DNA of 64,000 nucleotides from a virus (Duplodnaviria; Caudoviricetes): IMG/VR virus record IMGVR_UViG_641736147_000004, positions 1 to 64,000 of that record; one strand, 5' to 3'. Shown piece by piece: positions 62,241 to 64,000 of this stretch (position 1 is its first letter; each line of letters starts with the position of its first letter). The notes under the pieces were generated by a model. It saw only the letters and a program-made list of their open reading frames with translations, ran no database searches and was not told where the DNA came from. The position numbers and the translations under genes were made by a program.

Positions 62241-63179
62241 TTAACTTATTTTCTTAACACTAGATGCAAAATACCTTTCTCTATCTACCGCATCTTTTAC
62301 ACAACATCCACAAATCAGTTTCATAACATCTGTTATTCTACAATCCTTTTTCGAATATTGTATTTTATTATTTTCAATTTTTACTTTTAAATTATATTCA
62401 TTTATAACTTGTTGAGCTGATATCATATTATCTTTTAACCAATGCAACCTATCATTTTTAACGACATACACCAATTTCTTCACAAGATTCCCACTATCTA
62501 AACATCTATCTGAAAAATCATCAAAATTTTCTATTACATCTTCTTGTTTTAATTGGCTTAAAGAATTGTTTACATATTTTCTATATTCCTCTTTGAATCC
62601 GAACATCGTTTCAAAATAATATCTATTTGTAATATATGCAACTCCATTTATTTCAATCACATCAATTTTTAAGTCTAAAGAAAATATGTCTTGTTTATAT
62701 TCTTCTACATTACCATTAACAAAACTTAACTTTTTATTTTCATTTATGTTTTTTGAAACAGAATATTTTCTAAAGGCTATGAGTTTTTCATTTCTATCAT
62801 TTTTTAAAACTATAGCGTATCCCCATATCTTGTTTATATCAACATCTATTTCTGAAGCTTTTTTAGAATTAATATTATTGCTAAGTTTTTTAAATATGCT
62901 CATATTTTTTATATCATTAGAATTTATTTTTTCTATACAATCATCTTCATGAATTACTACATCATAATCACTAATCATATAATTTCCATATTTATTAAGT
63001 GATTTTTTATATCCTTCTATTAATGATTCTTTAAGCTCTTTTCCCATATTACAATAAAAAGAATCATATATCACTTGCTTTGATTTATCGCTCTCTTTTG
63101 TAATATAATAAATTTGGAATTTATTATTAAAACAATTAAAGAAATTATCTAATGAACTTTTTATTACATTATTACACAT
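62241..63179 (-). CDS. kwaB: Kiwa anti-phage protein KwaB-like (DUF4868)
   Basis: IWGYAIV..AFRKY..FSLDLKIDVI..YFETMFGFKEEY; adjacent to the KwaA-like gene. Confidence 0.75.
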   Translation of the reverse strand: MCNNVIKSSLDNFFNCFNNKFQIYYITKESDKSKQVIYDSFYCNMGKELKESLIEGYKKSLNKYGNYMISDYDVVIHEDDCIEKINSNDIKNMSIFKKLSNNINSKKASEIDVDINKIWGYAIVLKNDRNEKLIAFRKYSVSKNINENKKLSFVNGNVEEYKQDIFSLDLKIDVIEINGVAYITNRYYFETMFGFKEEYRKYVNNSLSQLKQEDVIENFDDFSDRCLDSGNLVKKLVYVVKNDRLHWLKDNMISAQQVINEYNLKVKIENNKIQYSKKDCRITDVMKLICGCCVKDAVDRERYFASSVKKIS

Positions 63180-63353
63180 AATTATCCCTCCATTTTTTTA
63201 TTTTACAAGGATAATTATACATGTTATTTGATAATTTTTCATTATATACCTTATTATTTAACATTATTACAGTTTATCTCATAAATTAGTTATTTCTTCG
63301 CATAACAAAAAGAACTACCTTACCATAAAGTAGTTCTTTACATATATTCATAT

Positions 63354-63806
63354 TTAATTTTGGTCTTCGGTAGCTTTAGTATATGCACTTTCATTTCTAG
63401 CACTAGGCTGATTTAGTTCTAGTATTTCATCTATGGAAAATTTAATTATATCTATTTTTCCACCATTTTTTTCATATTCTGTATATGCACTCTGTATGTC
63501 TAAAAGTTGAGACGGCTTAATCCTTCTATGATCTTCTACTAAAAAATCTTCTAGTCTCTTATCATTTTCTAAAATATATAATCCATCTAATTTTACAAAA
63601 CTTTGTTTCCAAAACGGTGGCTTATAATATTCAATATTCTTATTAGATTTAAACCCTACCTTATATTGTTTTCCATTTAAACTGGATACATTTAACATTT
63701 GTATGTATTCATCATTTACGCTCATAATTAAAAAAGTTCTAGGATAATTATGCATTCCGCCATCTGCATAATTTAATTCTAACCATAATCCTTGCCCAGT
63801 CTTCAT
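63354..63806 (-). CDS. PemK-like toxin (seventh TA cassette)
   Basis: MKTGQGLWLEL..RTFLIMSV..LNVSS..PPFWKQSFVKLD; TAATG coupling to the upstream ORF. Confidence 0.55.
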   Translation of the reverse strand: MKTGQGLWLELNYADGGMHNYPRTFLIMSVNDEYIQMLNVSSLNGKQYKVGFKSNKNIEYYKPPFWKQSFVKLDGLYILENDKRLEDFLVEDHRRIKPSQLLDIQSAYTEYEKNGGKIDIIKFSIDEILELNQPSARNESAYTKATEDQN

Positions 63807-64000
63807 TAATAAATAATCAATCCTTGTGTAGAATCCATACACACTGTGTAAGCTATATCATCAGCAGGGAATCTTTCTAATGTTTGACGGATATTACTAT
63901 CAGTAATATTAACTTCATTGGGATCATAATAAAATTTAACGCCATTTACCTCTATACATTCTTCATCACTTACATTGCAATCTTCATAAGCTGATAATAT
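63806..64000 (-). CDS. C-terminal 64 aa of a putative antitoxin (truncated by the window edge)
   Basis: Open frame ILSAYEDC..VNGVKFYYD..YTVCMDSTQGLIIY*, acidic, stop overlaps the toxin ATG. Confidence 0.55.
   Translation of the reverse strand: MLSAYEDCNVSDEECIEVNGVKFYYDPNEVNITDSNIRQTLERFPADDIAYTVCMDSTQGLIIY

Larger units (their letters stand above)
28378..63339 (-). terminator. Three families of repeated intrinsic terminators: A 29551, 36356, 37561, 38984; B 34944, 61501, 63304; C 28378, 47011, 47888, 48678
   Basis: On the - strand: A AATAACTACTTTTGATTAAGTAGTTATTTTT; B AAAGAACTAC..GTAGTTCTTTTT; C AACTCCTAGTATTTAATGATATTAGGAGTTTTT. Confidence 0.85.
1..64000. mobile_element. Part of a large SPbeta/c-st-like temperate phage (prophage or phage-plasmid), probably of Clostridium
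   Basis: Tape measure, Dit, Tal, PAAR, endolysin, antirepressors, YopX and phage-type nucleotide enzymes; no host housekeeping genes; very low GC; Firmicute-type RBSs. Confidence 0.88.

Noticed and set aside
10125-62952. Many 60-130 aa ORFs antisense to long genes (e.g. 10125-10472, 20767-21129, 50430-50786, 57165-57569)
   Set aside because: Shadow frames of AT-rich coding sequence with no RBS or motifs.
1-64000. Neurotoxin, tRNA, rRNA, reverse transcriptase or DGR genes
   Set aside because: No recognisable motifs by eye; a tRNAscan or HMM run would be needed to exclude them formally.

Overview
Very AT-rich segment of a large SPbeta/c-st-like clostridial prophage or phage-plasmid; the host assignment is inferred from gene content and a C. 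botulinum-type IStron. Bases 1-13.0 kb (+ strand) hold early and nucleotide-metabolism genes: a PQ-loop transporter, nucleoside deoxyribosyltransferase, thymidine kinase, a single-chain GyrB-GyrA type IIA topoisomerase, a 5'(3')-deoxyribonucleotidase and a RusA-like resolvase. Bases 13.1-64 kb (mostly - strand) hold the lysis and tail module: two tyrosine recombinases, a frameshifted GH73 endolysin, SPRY/CBM adhesins, PAAR, Tal, Dit and a tape measure gene split by a group I intron. Many accessory cassettes interrupt this module. The most striking signal is six type II toxin-antitoxin cassettes (five PemK/MazF-like, one Doc). Their unrelated antitoxins all carry an in-frame N-terminal MKIQRWT(S)-type extension ahead of their own RBS/ATG. 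They also share a conserved promoter/operator block and are bounded by three recurring terminator families. Also present: an IS607 IStron whose intron core, promoter and tnpA start lie in a precise 451-bp inversion, a Kiwa system, a type I toxin candidate and a structured leader RNA.
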